In this document: positions 1 to 14,370 of the stretch, in pieces
How positions within the stretch are numbered: position 1 is the stretch's first letter
How the letters are laid out: the number at the start of each line of letters is the position of its first letter
From: Antedon mediterranea
Taxonomy: Eukaryota > Animalia > Echinodermata
Reading direction: 5' to 3'
Length of the DNA stretch: 64,000 nucleotides
Assembly: GCF_964355755.1 (NCBI RefSeq)
Contig: NC_092671.1
Location: forward strand, 11,098,001-11,162,000
The notes under the pieces: generated by a model
The model's database searches: none
What the model was told of the DNA's origin: nothing
The model's input: only the letters and a program-made list of their open reading frames with translations
Program-made: the position numbers and the translations under genes

Positions 1-1154
1 TTTTACTTAAATTAAAGTATTTCCTTTAAATTGTATTCTTTTAGATAGGATATTTTGTTTAATTTTAAGGGTATGTTTCCCTTAGTCCAAGTGTGAATAC
101 GTTCACAGGTCTCACTTCCCCTTGGCTCCCTACCTATTATTAAAGCCTACACATGATTTATTTATTAAAGAAAAATAGTTTGTCTATTTCGCAGATATCT
201 ACAAAAAAATGTTTCAAGTTGTGTATGGATTGTAATACCATCTTCATGGTAATACAAATTAACCTTTTTAATTTACTAATACAATAAAAGTAACTTATTC
301 TTTGTTTCTGAGCTGGCCGTCTATCTTCATTTACACTACTAAATTCATCGTTCTCTTGTTTAAAACTTATAAATATGTTTAGTGAAACATAATAATCCTT
401 CAAAAATGAAAAGTTCTTATTATAAACTAGTCAAATAACATTTCAACATAGCATTTTAATATTCTGTAAAAAGTTAAAAATCTTATTACTCACACACAAA
501 TTTATGTCATGTTAAATTAAATTCAAACTCAAAATATTTTAATCATGAACCAAACGGGACGGGCATTGTGTTAGTCGGGCATAATATAATGGTTTGACAT
601 AAAAACCATATTTGAAGCTGGTCATTAAAATTATGAGTAAAATATAATAATAATTTATTATAATTTTTAAAACAAATATTAAGAAAGGATTAACTGTCGG
701 ACTCTTTGAGTCATAGTGGTCTAGGTCGGATCTGTTTTTATTGGTTTTTTTTGGTCAAATAATTAAATGAAATGGAAACAAAATCTTTTATGGGTATACT
801 ATTAACCTACATTTGAGAATTTGTTTCTCAATTCAGAAATAAATTTTGCACTTTAAATATTAAAATACATTTTTTGCATGTAAATGGTAGTAGAACGGAC
901 GTGTATACTGTGCCTCTAGTCTACTTCATAATTTAGATGTCGAGGTTGTCGTCTGACAAGTGTAGTGGTAGCCTGGAATCTGCTTTTGATTGAAGATTAC
1001 ACGGCATATTGTACCAAATTGGTACACTGTTGAAGTCAGGCCCTGCTAATGCCAACATACATTCTGTTATGGCCAGTATCTAGGGCTGAGGTAGCTTCTG
1101 CCGTTGTTGTATATTTACAAATCATACACATATATTCATATTCTAGGCGACCTA

Positions 1155-4100
1155 TCACGATGTTGTGGTCTGGGCAAGTTGGGCAAGGGCAGAGGCTGCT
1201 TCTGCTGGGGTTGTGGTAGAGTTTCTGATGACAACTTGTGTTTCTGTTGGCTCCTGCATGCCTAGAAACACAAGAAAAATATTACAGTTATATGACTTCT
1301 TCCTAATTGTATATTATTAGTGATAAAAAAAACCTTGACATTCCATTTACCACATGATTTTTGATTTGTGGATCTCTGTACAAACTGGTTTTTATTTTGG
1401 TATAACATACACATTTTGCATAAGGCAACTTTGTGAAAACTGGCTAATTAAAACTTATCACTTATATCCATTTACCTCTTAATATGTGAGCCTGTGTTTT
1501 TCTTTGTAGTTCTGTGATGGGGCAGTCCTTATGGGCCAAAAGAAGCTGCTTTAACTGGGCTATCTCATTTCTAAGAAGGGTAACTTCATTCTAAAGTTAA
1601 AAAAATAAAATGCAAGTTTTAATCAATTTATACATAATGTATAATACTGTACTTCGTCTCTGTTTCGAATCTTGATCAGGATGGCTTCTTAATCTCAAAA
1701 GATGTTATCATCTTCATCATTCATTAATTTTCAGTATATCACTGGGTGGTTTAGAGTAAGTGTGATTGAAAATTAATACTATATACATCTATACAAGGAA
1801 GTGAAAGTATCTTCATTTAAATTAAATTTCTTTTCTAAATTACTTTAGTGACATTGGACCCTGTTGGTTGTATTCCAATTTTGTTTCTGCTAAAACCACA
1901 ATAACCTGGAAAAATTCTGATACTTCAATTAACAAGCTACCTCTATTTGTGATAATGAGAATAAAATTATACCTGAAGAGAAGTGTTTGTTGTTTGAAAA
2001 TCATCTGCTCTTTTTTCAAGATTGTGTATGTAATTTTTTCTTTTATCCCTGCATCTACTTGCTGCTGCACGATTTCTTTCTAAAAATTTCTGTCTTTTTT
2101 CATCCGATTCTTCACCGACACTTTTCCTCTTTCGACTACAAAACAAAAAGTGTTTTTATTCAAATTAATCATTTATATACATGCATGAAAACTATTTGTA
2201 AACCAAGTTATTTTACCCATTTTAAATTTAAGGTGACAAAAATGTAACAAAAACATATAAGTTGCCAAAAAAAAGTTACTCACTCTATCGAATTGGGGCT
2301 AACTGATAAAGGTCTAGAGTCAACAATCTGAGGGTTCTGTAGGGTAATGGCTGCTTTCAATTTCTGTAATTCAATGAAATATAAATTTAAAAAACATAAT
2401 ATTACTGTGTGTACAGAAGCGGATACTGTAAATCTTCTAATAATAACATACACTCTAATAGTAACCCCCCTTCTAATAGTAAGTTAATACATAATAATAA
2501 CCCACTACTCTAATAGTAACCCATGGGGGTTGCTATTAGAGTCACAAAAACTTATGATGCAGCCGTATTTTGAAAATAAGGAGATAATGCATGTTGATCT
2601 CGGGAGTGGGGGGGAAGATTGAATGTTTTTAAAAGTTTATAAAATAAAGTTAGAGTTCTGCCAAATTTGTTTATTCGTACTGTTTTATTATTTTGCTATG
2701 AGTTGCTGACCGGAAAAGTTGGGAGGTGGGTTACAATTTTCAGGTGCCTAATTTAAGATTAGTAAATAGTAACCCAATACTCTAATAGTAACCCACCCTA
2801 AAAGACAATCAAAGAATAATAACCCAGGGTTACAATTAGAAGATTTTCGGTATTATTTTAGGTCATCAAATTAAAACAGCATTATATTACATTAGCATTA
2901 TGGATGACGACTTAAAAGGACTTCTCACCTGTGTGGTGTGTGATTTTCAGACTGTACAAAAAATATATATTATTTATGTATACAATTGTACTCTCTTTAC
3001 GGTATAAATCAGAACTACAAAAGATTGGCTTTTAACTTAACTTTAATCTGAGCTAGACAGCCACAATAAAATGATGGAGAAGGGATGGGGGCAGAGTTCT
3101 GGGAATGGTTCCTCAAAGTAGGCCTTTAAATAGAATACATACCTGTTTAACACCATTTGGATCAGTTGTCACGTTTGTCCCTTCTGCTCCACCCACAGGT
3201 ATAGCATTGGGGACATTTGCTGCACCATCTGCGACAGATGGGGGTGGTGGAATGGCCACTGGTACTGTTGTTCCATTTGGTAACCGCAATAAAATAGGCC
3301 CAGCAATCAACCCAGGTTGGCTACAAATGAGAAAACATTTATAATGATTAAATTTGTTGAAATATATAAGACTCTAAAAAAAAAATCTATGTTTAATATG
3401 TCAAACTGAATGTAATTATTATTTTTAATATTTACAATTATTATTACTATAATAAAATAGCTGTATTACTATAATAAAATGGCCGTTTTACTTTATCTTT
3501 TTGATTTAGCTTTTTGCTTATTTTATATCTTCGTTAAGATCCAGCCACTGATAACCACAACATTGTTATTTTTTCAGTAATTTTCCTTTGGATTTATAGA
3601 GTAAGATATATAGATTTATTAATTAATATTATTTATGAAATAAAACTAACTTTCCAAGCTGTGTAATAACAGTAGATGTGTTGATTACAGGTGCTGGGGC
3701 TATTGGTACAGTCGGACTCACTACAAGTAGAGGCTGATTCATCAAAACTTGTTTCTTTGTTGCCTTAGAGGGCGCTATTAGAACTGGCGTGGTAGTAGCT
3801 TTCGGTGTGATACTTAGCTTAATAGGTTTGATAATTTTGGGTTCCTCATTATTGGTCACTAGTGGACTTTCTTTATCTTGGCTTGGCTATAAAATAAACA
3901 TATGTATTATCATAAACTATTCTTTTATCTCTTAAAAAGAGAAAAACATTGCAATACACAACAAAATTAGGATAACATTCTGTATTCAGTACATATACCT
4001 GCATAAACCACTAAAACAATTAAGAATGGCTACTGCACTTTCAAGGAAGTGTGTTTGGATTTTATAGATTTGTCTTTACCCAAGGGAGAATAGCAGATGA

Positions 4101-7100
4101 CACTTGTTCCTACTATCAAGGTTAGAAAATGTAACTTTTTTATCCACACTACTGTGTAACATATTTACTAATTCTACTGGCAAAATAAGCATCCCAACTA
4201 GCCAGTCAATTCTACAACTAGTTTAGTGTACATATTCAAATGTGATATTTTCTTAATTTTATTTTTTTGTTAAGGGTTGTGATCCCTGAGCATAGGGCAG
4301 TGCTATTTTTGTTTGTTTTTGCTTATGTAAAGGAAAAAAATATTTTTTAAAATTAGAAAAAAAAAATTGAATTGGAGATAAAGCCTCAAGTACCTTTGAT
4401 AAAGTAACTATTTAAAAATTAAAACCAGGGAACAATAGTTACTTTAGAATGAAATCATCAATAAACAACTATTTATTATAAATACCATGGAGGTATATAC
4501 TAACCTTGTCGATAGCATTAGAAAACTCGTTATCAAATGGATTTTCAAGGTCAGTGAATAACCCTACTTCTTCACAATTCTTCAAAAAACGTGTGGGGGT
4601 AGGTGTTTGATCAGCTGTGTGAAAAAAAATCAAACAAATAGTTCAACAAGTATGTTTATACACATCTCAGTTTACTATCTTTGAATACAAAATGAAGTAG
4701 AAACATCTTGAATTTTTTGTTTGATTACAAGTTATTTATAAAAATGTGTCACTACCAGCAAAAATTTTTAGTTTTACTTCTCTGTTATTGAATTTATTAC
4801 CTTCTGAGTACAACCCACCCCTCTTAAATTATAAACATGCAACATGTAACACAATTTCAATTGTCAAAATGTTACCTACCTATGATCGGTGTGTCAAGTG
4901 ACTTTGTCCCTCCAGCAATTAATAATTTCATGTCATGTTTCTTCTGGTGGACCTCCAGATGGTCTTGGTTACTAAATGTCTGTAAAAAAGTAAAATACAA
5001 TTATAATATATTACAATAAGCTATGTTTATCAATTAAAAGTAAACAAGTACCAAATATTTCACATATATTATTCACATACAACAATAATGTTATTGATTT
5101 GACATGTTTTGTGATATGGATGTACTATCTGAAATAAAAGGACTGAAATGAATTTATTACAGAATTTAATTAAAGCAAGGAGATGTAAAATAAATATATT
5201 TGTTTGTCACCTCCCTGATTAAAGTGAGATGTTAATAAATATTGTTGTATCATTGCTATACCTATACTGTACAGTACCTGAAAATGTATTTAAAAAAAAT
5301 GAATACTACAGTACTTATCTACAGTACTGTCATTATTGGTTATAGATAAATATCAACAAATGAATTATTAATGCTTCCAATTCAGTATCAACCATTTCTT
5401 ATTGAAACACAATATGTGGAATATAGTCACTTTTACTAATTTCCTTAAAATGAAGAAAAGAAAAACATATATGCTAAGTGTGTAGTACCTGACGTCTTGG
5501 CTGCATAGTTATTATCAATTCTGTACAACTGATCACACTAATTCTGTTGTATTTATTTTCATTCATAAAAAGGTTAGTTCCTGCTTCTATTTATAGAATA
5601 TGAGTCAATTATCAAAGGGGATTCTCTGGAGAGGCGTTTGAAACCAGATATGTTTGTGAGTAGAATATAAATAACAATAGAGATTTGTTTATAATATATT
5701 ACTTTTATTTCATGTGAAACTAGAAATTATAATATTTGCAAGTTCAATACACTATGTTGTAAATAGCTGAGTAATGCTCTTTCATTTTAACTTCAGAAAC
5801 CATGCAATTTTAAAACAAATATCAAGCAAAAACTAAATCGAATCAATCTTTTGAAACTTATTTTTTAATAATTACTTTGTTTAATTAATTATGTTTCTGC
5901 AGTTACTGTATATTTATTGTACTTTACTAATGAATTTCAATAAAATTTATTTTAGAGAAAAACCAGTAAACAACGATCTATATTTAGCACTTACTGTAGA
6001 CCAATTGTCCACCAGATAAAATTACATTTTTACATCAAATCATGTGACATTAACAATTATGTTTTTAAATATTGTCTCTTTGTTGTTCATTTACTTCTGT
6101 TTGCGTATGAGTATGAATAATCTGTTTAAACAACAATTTAATAAAAGATGTACACAGCATTGCAATCCTGTGACAATTAACATCAAGATCCTAAAATAAC
6201 AACATAAACATAAACAAAAACAACTAAATGTTTAATTACAATTTCAGGATATCATGATAACAAATAAACAAACAAAACTGTATTGTATTGTACAGGGGCA
6301 TGGCTTATATCTCCCATGGAGAATTTCATGAACATTCATTTTTTAAGAGCTACAAATGTGGTGTTCTGAATAGGCTTTGTGTTAAAACATATTTCCCCCC
6401 ATTTGGTTCATGTAAGTGTCCGCTTAATAGGTGTATATTTATTGTATTGGTTTCAATTATTCTTTTACAATTTTGACATACAGTATTTTAATGTTGAACA
6501 GAAAAAAAGTAGCGAACTGCTACTGTATTATTGTACTACAGATAATCTATCAATAAATAACACAATTTTTAAGACAGGTTTGGTTTGATAATATAGTCAT
6601 AGTATCATAGTACTGTACTTAGTTGGAGCTGATATTCTATTTTTATGAATGTTGTGCGAAAAATAAAATAATCAATCAATATCAGTTTTCACTGGGCAAT
6701 AACAACATCATCACTTGCCCAATGGACACAAAAGGAAAACATGCTTGCTAGTCCAGCCCAGGATTTCTACAGTATGACATTATACAATACATTTTAGTAA
6801 AATCTGTAAACACGATAAATTTAATATCTTTTCATATTGGTGACAGTTGTGTTATGTAATGCAAGACTTTTTGTACAGTTTCGCCAAGTACAGTAATATA
6901 ACATGGAAACGAAAGCAAAACTGCCAATTTAATGCATTTAAAAAAATGAAAGATTCAAGGAAACCCACAAAAAAGAGTAGGTGGGGTATGATTTCAGATT
7001 TTGTGTTGATTAAATTTTTGCTTAAATAGTTTAATCATAATACGTCAGTACACAGCATTTAGTTTATACATGAAAACCATGGAAAATCCCTAAAATAAAG

Positions 7101-7778
7101 TAAAATTGAAACAATATGTAAATTTGGCCCTTCTATCACTGCTTTTGTATACTTAAGTTGTACTTAATATACTTACTAAAACTAATCTGCCTATATTTGG
7201 ATACATAATCTTTGTGTGCCTACAGAGTACTGTAGAATTACTGTTAATTGGTAATTTAACACTTTTATATTTTAAATCTATTAAATCTGTAAACAAGCTA
7301 CTGTACAGCATAGTTTCTTTAAAAACCAATTTAATACCACTTTTTTTTATTCATTTATCAATTTATTTACACAAAAAAAAATTAAAATATAAAAAAATTA
7401 GAATATAGTTAAGTTTGCGTTGTATCTGGAGAAATCAAATAAGCTCAGAAAGCTTTAAGATAGGTTCCACCAGGAAAAAAGGCGGATCAATGTTCATGCA
7501 CAGGCACAAACAGGGGTTCGGTACATACACTACGCAAGAAACAAAGTATGAACGGAGACAAGACAAACAAGGGTAAATGAGGAGTTTGAAATTGGTCAAA
7601 TTAATGAAATACAGTATTAAGTAGGTTTGTATTTTGATATTACAGTAGGCATTTTTTGTATTTTGATTTATGTGATGAGATTGTTGACAATAGTGAACAA
7701 CTCACTAGAATAATAAATAATACCTACCATAGTGCATCCTCGCAACCTGCAAGCAAATGGTTTTCCTGAATCTCCCAT
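1155..7778 (-). CDS. ATF2: ATF2/ATF7/CREB5-family bZIP transcription factor, 9 coding exons (7778-7728, 4979-4880, 4614-4505, 3886-3651, 3320-3143, 2363-2284, 2135-1973, 1590-1476, 1261-1155)
   Basis: Spliced translation gives the N-terminal C2H2 finger (KPFACRLRGCTMTFSNQDHLEVHQKKH), the MAPK-site motif ADQTPTPTRFLKNCEEVGLF, the basic region KRQKFLERNRAAASRCRDKRK and the zipper ending QLKQLLLAHKDCP. Splice phases are consistent. A single invertebrate gene is probably co-orthologous to ATF2/ATF7/CREB5. Confidence 0.93.
2425..2852. mobile_element. Degenerate Tc1/pogo-type MITE with subterminal TCTAATAGTAACCC repeats
   Basis: The ends TACTGTAAATCTTCTAAT and ATTAGAAGATTTTCGGTA are imperfect inverted repeats. 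Confidence 0.55.
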
Positions 7779-8876
7779 AATCTATGAGAAGAGAATAAAT
7801 TTGAAAATATTTTTTAATTTAATAAACTCAGTCAGCAGTCAACCAACGATTTTATATACCAGAGGGGAATTCCAGCCGGCCTAGGCCCCCTCCATTTCTA
7901 ATTGTAATACAAAAGATAGGACATCAAATTAAGTTCAGCCCTTCATTTCACTAGCTTTAGCTCTGTGACCCCCTATTTCAAAATCCTGGATCGGCTACTG
8001 ATTTATATATACAAAATTAAACGGAAAATTGCTTGAAGAAGAAGCAACTGGATACTCAAATAGCTTGGGTGTTTATTCTCACAGTACATTGATGAATTTT
8101 ATATGTGTGCATATTTACAAAATATTTGTATAACAAGTAAATTGGAACTATAAAGTGGGAAATCTGTTGGTAATATATTGTTGAGTTGTATTTTGTGGGA
8201 TCAAATGTTTTAACTTTATACAACATTAATTATATTTTGTCATTGTTTTGATATTATTATTGTTCTATAGACTATATTTATGATATATTTTTAATATTTT
8301 ATTAAATAATTATGTTTTCTTATACTTTATTATTCATCATCATCTTATTTTAAGTTCTCTTTTCAATTAATATAATTTGTTTTTTTTTACATTTGCTGTA
8401 GCCTGTAGGCCTATTATATAGGCCTATGCTTGCTAACTGATATTGTTATAACTCTATTATTACCACAGCTTATTTTATATTAATGCGATTTATACTATTT
8501 GTATTTAAAGATACAAAAAACACGATTATACAACTCTGGAAACTATAAAAACATGTCACTTGATTAAAAGCGCCGGTAGAACACTCACTGACTGTTCACC
8601 ATCAAAAACAATGCAGAGAGATACTACTAGGGTTAGGCCTAACCAGTGAAGTTTATAGAGTTCGGATGGACGCCAACCAAGCCACCCAAATCGACAAGGA
8701 CCCAATACTACTAATTAGAATATTTAAAAAAAATACAACACATTTTATATTAATATTATTACTGATAGATTGTATACACATTGTAATGGAAGATGTGCTA
8801 AGCCATATCATTTATGCGAAAATATTCTTACCCAAATCTGGTGTAAAAACGAGCGACCATTCACAGTGCCAAACGA

Positions 8877-8946
8877 TGACGAAGTCTGGTATTTCAAGCC
8901 CTATGACGTTATGAGGAAATGGGAAGGGATTTTTTCATTGACGTCA
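8877..8946. promoter_or_regulatory. CRE cluster near the inferred ATF2 start
   Basis: Perfect TGACGTCA at 8939-8946 plus TGACG half sites near 8877 and 8904. A minus-strand donor (gtgagt, 8583-8588) suggests a non-coding first exon ending at 8589. Confidence 0.5.
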
Positions 8947-9210
8947 GGGGTTAAGGGTCACTGGTTTTACCTACGACGAGCTATATATCCAATACCAAAT
9001 TGGCGAGTAAATCATGTTTTACTTTAAATTAAATTTATACGCTCTTCCACAAGGTCAATTGTTAGTTATACATACAGACTATATTAAAACAATGATTTTG
9101 AACACGTAGGGCATTTCTTTGAATTCTTTCCTATTGTCGTTTTGTGGTAATTTACAGCTTTTTATATGTTTAACAAACGTACATAATCAATTGCGTCTGC
9201 ATCATGCTAG

Positions 9211-9235
9211 ACTACAACTTCCGGTAGTGACGTAA
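9211..9235. promoter_or_regulatory. ZNF143/SBS-like, ETS and CRE-like composite motif
   Basis: ACTACAACTTCCGGTAG is followed immediately by TGACGTAA, and a CCAAT box (AGCCAATCA) lies near 9318. Confidence 0.45.
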
Positions 9236-9381
9236 TCAGCATATTTTTGGTAATAAAACTTTTTCACTAAGCTAGGGAATCTTCTGATATCAATATTCAT
9301 TAGACCGTACTTTAGTTAGCCAATCAAAATAAACGTATAAACAATTTTGCGGCGATGTTACATGTTGTTGAGGTAAAATAT

Positions 9382-11830
9382 ACTGTGTTTTACAATAACC
9401 AATTTGGTTAGAGTAAAACACAATGATAAGAATAGAGGAAACATTTAATAATATGATAAATGACATTTACATAGCAATTTATCACTGTGTTTTACTATAA
9501 CCAATTTGGTTAGAGTAAAACACAATGATAAAGAATAGGAAACGTTTAATAATAATAATGATAAATGTCATTACATAGCAATTTATCACTGTGTTTTACT
9601 ATAACCAATTTGGTTAGAGTAAAACACAATGATATAGAATAGGAAACATTTAATAATATGATAAATGACATTTACATAGCAATTTAGCACTGTGTTTTAC
9701 TATAAACAATTTGGTTAAAAAAGGGCAGAATGATAAAGAATAGGAATTTAATAATATGATATATGACATTTACATAGCAATTTAGCACTGTGTTTTACTA
9801 TAACCAATTTGGTTAAAGTAAAGCAGAATGATAAAGAATAGGAATTTAATAATATGATATATGACATTCACATAGCAATTTAGCACTGTGTTTTACTATA
9901 ACCAATTTGATTAGAGTAAAACACAATGATAAAGAATAGGAAACATTTAATAATATGATATATGACATTCACATAGCAATTTAGCACTGTGTTTTACTAT
10001 AACCAATTTGGTTAGAGTAAAACACAATGATATAGAATAGGAAACATTTAATAATTTGATAAATGACATTTACATAGCAATTTAGCACTGTGTTTTACTA
10101 TAACCAATTTGGTTAAAGTAAAACACAATGATAAAGAATAGGAAACATTTAATAATATGATAAATGACATTTACATAGCAATTTAGCACTGTGTTTTACT
10201 ATAACCAATTTGGTTAAAGTAAAGCAGAATGATAAAGAATAGGAATTTAATAATATGATATATGACATTTACATAGCAATTTAGCACTGTATTTTACTAT
10301 AACCAATTTGATTAGAGTAAAACACAATGATAAAGAATAGGAAACATTTAATAATAATGATTATTTACATAGCAGTTTAGCACTGTGTTTTACTATAACC
10401 AATTTGGTTATAGTAAAACACAATGATATAGAATAGGAAACATTTAATAATAATGATAAATGACATTTACATAGCAATTTATCACTGTGTTTTACTATAA
10501 CCAATTTGGTTATGGTAAAGCACAATGATATAGAATAGGAAACATTTAATAATATGATAAATGACATTTACATAGCAATTTAGCACTGTGTTTTACTATA
10601 TAGAATTGGAAACATTTAATAATATGATAAATGTCATTACATAGCAATTTATCACTGTGTTTTACTATAACCAATTTGGTTAGGGTAAAACACAATGATA
10701 TAGAATAGGAAACATTTAATAATATGATAAATGACATTTACATAGCAATTTAGCACTGTGTTTTACTATATAGAATAGGAAACATTTAATAATATGATAA
10801 ATGACATTTACATAGAAATTTAGCACTGTGTTTTACTATAACCAATTTGGTTAAAGTAAAACACAATGATAAAGAATATGAAACATTTAATAATTTGATA
10901 AATGACATTCACATAGCAATTTAGCACTGTGTTTTACTATAACCAATTTGGTTATGGTAAAGCACAATGATATAGAATAGGAAACATTTAATAATATGAT
11001 AAATGACATTTACATAGCAATTTAGCACTGTGTTTTACTATAACCAATTCGGTTATGGTAAAGCACAATGATATAGAATAGGAAACATTTAATTATAATG
11101 ATTATTTACATAGCAATTTATCACTGTGTTTTACTATAACCAATTTGATTATGGTAAGACACAATGATAAAGAATAGGAAACATTTAATAATAATGATTA
11201 TTTACATAGCAATTTAGCACCATGTTTTACTATAACCAATTTGATTAGAGTAAAACACAATGACAAAGAATAGGAAACATTTAATAATAATGATTATTTA
11301 CATAGCTAGCAATTTAGCACAATGTTTTACTATAACCAATTTGGTTAGAGTAAAACACAATGATAAAGAATAGGAAACATTTAATAATAATGATTATTTA
11401 CATAACAATTTAGCACAATGTTTTACTATAACCAATTTGATTAGAGTAAAACACAATGATATAGAATAGGAACATTTAATAACATGATAAATGACATTCA
11501 CATAGAAATTTAGCACTGTGTTTTACTATAACCAATTTGATTAGAGTAAAGCACAATGATAAAGAATAGGAAACATTTAATAATATGATAAATGACATTT
11601 ACATAGTAATTTATCACTGTGTTTTACTATAACCAATTTGGTTAGAGTAAAACATTTTAACTATGATAAATGATATTTAGCACTGTGCTGGATACAGTAA
11701 AACACAAATAAAGAATAGGAAACATAATAAATAATATGATACATTTACATACAAATTTAGTATTGTGTTTTACTATAGCCAATTTGGTTACAGTAAAACA
11801 CAATGATAATGAAACATTTATTATATGATG
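9382..11830 (+). repeat. Tandem satellite, ~100-101 bp monomer, roughly 24 copies (left arm)
   Basis: AACCAATTTGG recurs at ~9397, 9499, 9603, 9802, 10001, 10102, 10203 and onward. The array degenerates toward 11800. Confidence 0.97.
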
Positions 11831-11894
11831 TTATTTACATAGCAAATTATTATATTAAACATATCTTATTATCTAAACGTTATGATAAAGAATA

Positions 11895-13740
11895 GGATAC
11901 ATATAATGTAATAATATAATAAATACAAGTTACATAGTTTATCATCTTGTTTTACAGAACCAATTTGGTGACACAGTTAAACACAGTGATAAAGAATAGA
12001 AACTGTTTTAGGTTATAACCCTAACCCTAGTTTGAAGCGACATAATAAAATTAATTCATCGCGAAAAAGTACGTATCGTATTCAGAAACTTTTGAAATTT
12101 GTTAAATATGTTTAATAGGTTCTTACGTCTATAAAACAAACAAAAAATATAAATTTTACGAAAAATTCGTGATTTTAATAATTTGCATTTCTAAAAATGT
12201 ACACTTATGAAATACCATACATTTTCCAACACATTTTTACTTCATTGATGATTCCCAGAAATCAAAATAAAACAAATTATGATATTTCTTTTACATTATA
12301 GATGTAAGAACCTATATTGAACATGTACCAAATTTCAAACGTTTTTTAAGACGATACGTATTTTTTATCGATGAATTAAGTATGTGATCGCTTCAAACTA
12401 GGGTTAGGGTTAAATAACCTAACAGTTCCATTCTTTAACACTGTGTTTAACTTTTAACCAAATTGGTTTTAGTACAACACAATGATAAACTATGTACATT
12501 TTATTTTTCATATTACATTATAGGATACATATAATGTAATAATAATAAATACAAGTTACATAGTTTATCATCTTGTTTTACAGAACCAATTTGGGTTGGT
12601 TACACAGTTAAACACAGTGATAAAGAATAGACACTGGTTTAGGTTATATAACTCTAACCCTAGTTTGAAGCGATCACATACTTAATTCATCGCGAAAAAA
12701 TACGTATCGTATTCAGAAACATTTGAAATTTGGTAAATATGTTCAATAGGTTCTTTTGTCTATAAAACAAACAAAAAATAAAAGTTTCAAGACAAATTCG
12801 TGATTTTAATAATTTGCATTTCTAAACATTTACACTTATGAAAGACAATACATTTCCAACACATTTTTACTTCATTGATGATTCCCAGAAATCAAAATAA
12901 AACTATTAGGATATTTCTTTTGCATTATAGATGTAAGAACCTATATTGAACATATCTACCAAATATCAAACGTTTTTCAAGACGATACGTATTTTTAGCG
13001 ATGAATATTAAATATGTGATCGCTTCAAACTAGGGTTAGGGTTAAATAAACTAAAACAGTTCTATTCTTTATCACTCACTGTGTTTAACTTTTAACCAAA
13101 ATGGTTATAGTAAAACACAATGATAAACTTATATGTAAATTTTATTTTTCATAACATAAAATGTTTGATATTCTTTATAATATTTAATATTATATTTTAG
13201 GCCTACTATTAATGACGTATAAATGCACACTACATCTGAAATAACTTTCTACTTCATTGGCGATTCTTACCAAAAAAAAGAACTAATTTTGTTATGTATA
13301 TAGAGCAACCTATTATAACATGTCTTGTATGATTTTTATCTTGTTTCAATGACATTTTATACTACAATTCAAATGAAAAAGCATCACAACAAAATACGTC
13401 TGGTATTCAAAAAGAAAAGAAAAAACGAATGTGTTGAAAATGTATGGTCTTTCATAAGTGTGAATTTTTAGAAATGCAAATAATGGAAGTCATCGATTTG
13501 TCTTGAAATTTATAATTTGTTTTGTCTTATTGAACATATCTATACAAAAATTAATGTCAAACGTTTCTGAATACGATACGTTTTTTTTCTCGATGAATTT
13601 ATAATGTCGCTTCAAACTAGAGGGTAGGGTAGTAACCTAACAAGTATCTATTCTTTATCACTATGTTTAACTGTGTAACCATATTGGTTCTAATAAAAAA
13701 CAATGATAAACTATGTAAATTGTATGTTTCATATATTACA
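11895..13740. repeat. Two tandem ~630-bp hairpin (MITE-like) modules plus a third partial, inverted module
   Basis: AACCCTAACCCTAGTTTGAAGCGA (~12017) pairs with TCGCTTCAAACTAGGGTTAGGGTT (~12388). The pairing is repeated at ~12655 and ~13020, with another arm at ~13607. The spacer appears reverse-complemented at ~13430-13485. Confidence 0.9.
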
Positions 13741-14059
13741 TTTTTGCCCAAAAAAATTATTGGGAATGTCAAATTTCTTTTTCATGACATATATCTACAA
13801 ATTTCAGAAGCTTTTGAATACGAGTATTTTACGCGATGTTTTTTTATCCTCATTTTAATATTTTGGTAATGTAATTCACATGCATAAAGTTTTGTATCCA
13901 AAAATTGTTTATTCTTGAGTAGAAATGAGGAAATAAATAGTATTCCTGTATAATATAATAATCAATAATAAAGTATAAAAAAAAGTGTTGTGTAAACGAA
14001 CGTTTTTTACGCTTCGAATTTTCTGTTACATTATGTTTGAATTGAAGCTACAGATATTG

Positions 14060-14100
14060 AATCATGGACCTATAAATTAGTAATTTATAGGTCCATGATT
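14060..14100. repeat. Perfect 41-bp palindrome (20-bp arms, 1-nt centre)
   Basis: AATCATGGACCTATAAATTA-G-TAATTTATAGGTCCATGATT. Confidence 0.95.
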
Positions 14101-14370
14101 GAACATATCGTCACTCACCACACATTTTTTGTTTTATATTTCGAAAGTATTTATTCTAAAGAACAATTGATGCAAACATCAACTGCGTATCTTATTTCAT
14201 TAATTAATTATATTAATTATAATTTGGCGATTATTCGTCACACGAAGCGTCGAATATCGATTCGTCTCGTCATGGGAAGAAAACGTGCATTGCGCACACT
14301 GTTTACGCGCCTCAACAATAAACGGCGAATATGCGATTCGTCACTAATTATGGAACGCCGTTTTACACAA

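Noticed and set aside
8945-8960. Telomerase RNA template-like CCCTTAACCC on the minus strand
   Set aside because: It does not match the CTAACCCTAA template for TTAGGG, and no pseudoknot or H/ACA domain could be identified.
10361-10737. Short ORFs in the satellite
   Set aside because: They are by-products of the tandem repeat.
9382-11830. CRISPR-like array (palindromic repeats at regular spacing)
   Set aside because: The intervening sequences are near-identical rather than unique spacers, there are no cas genes, and the context is eukaryotic.
12017-13045. Interstitial telomere or chromosome-fusion site
   Set aside because: There are only ~2 TTAGGG units per arm, embedded in repeated modules.
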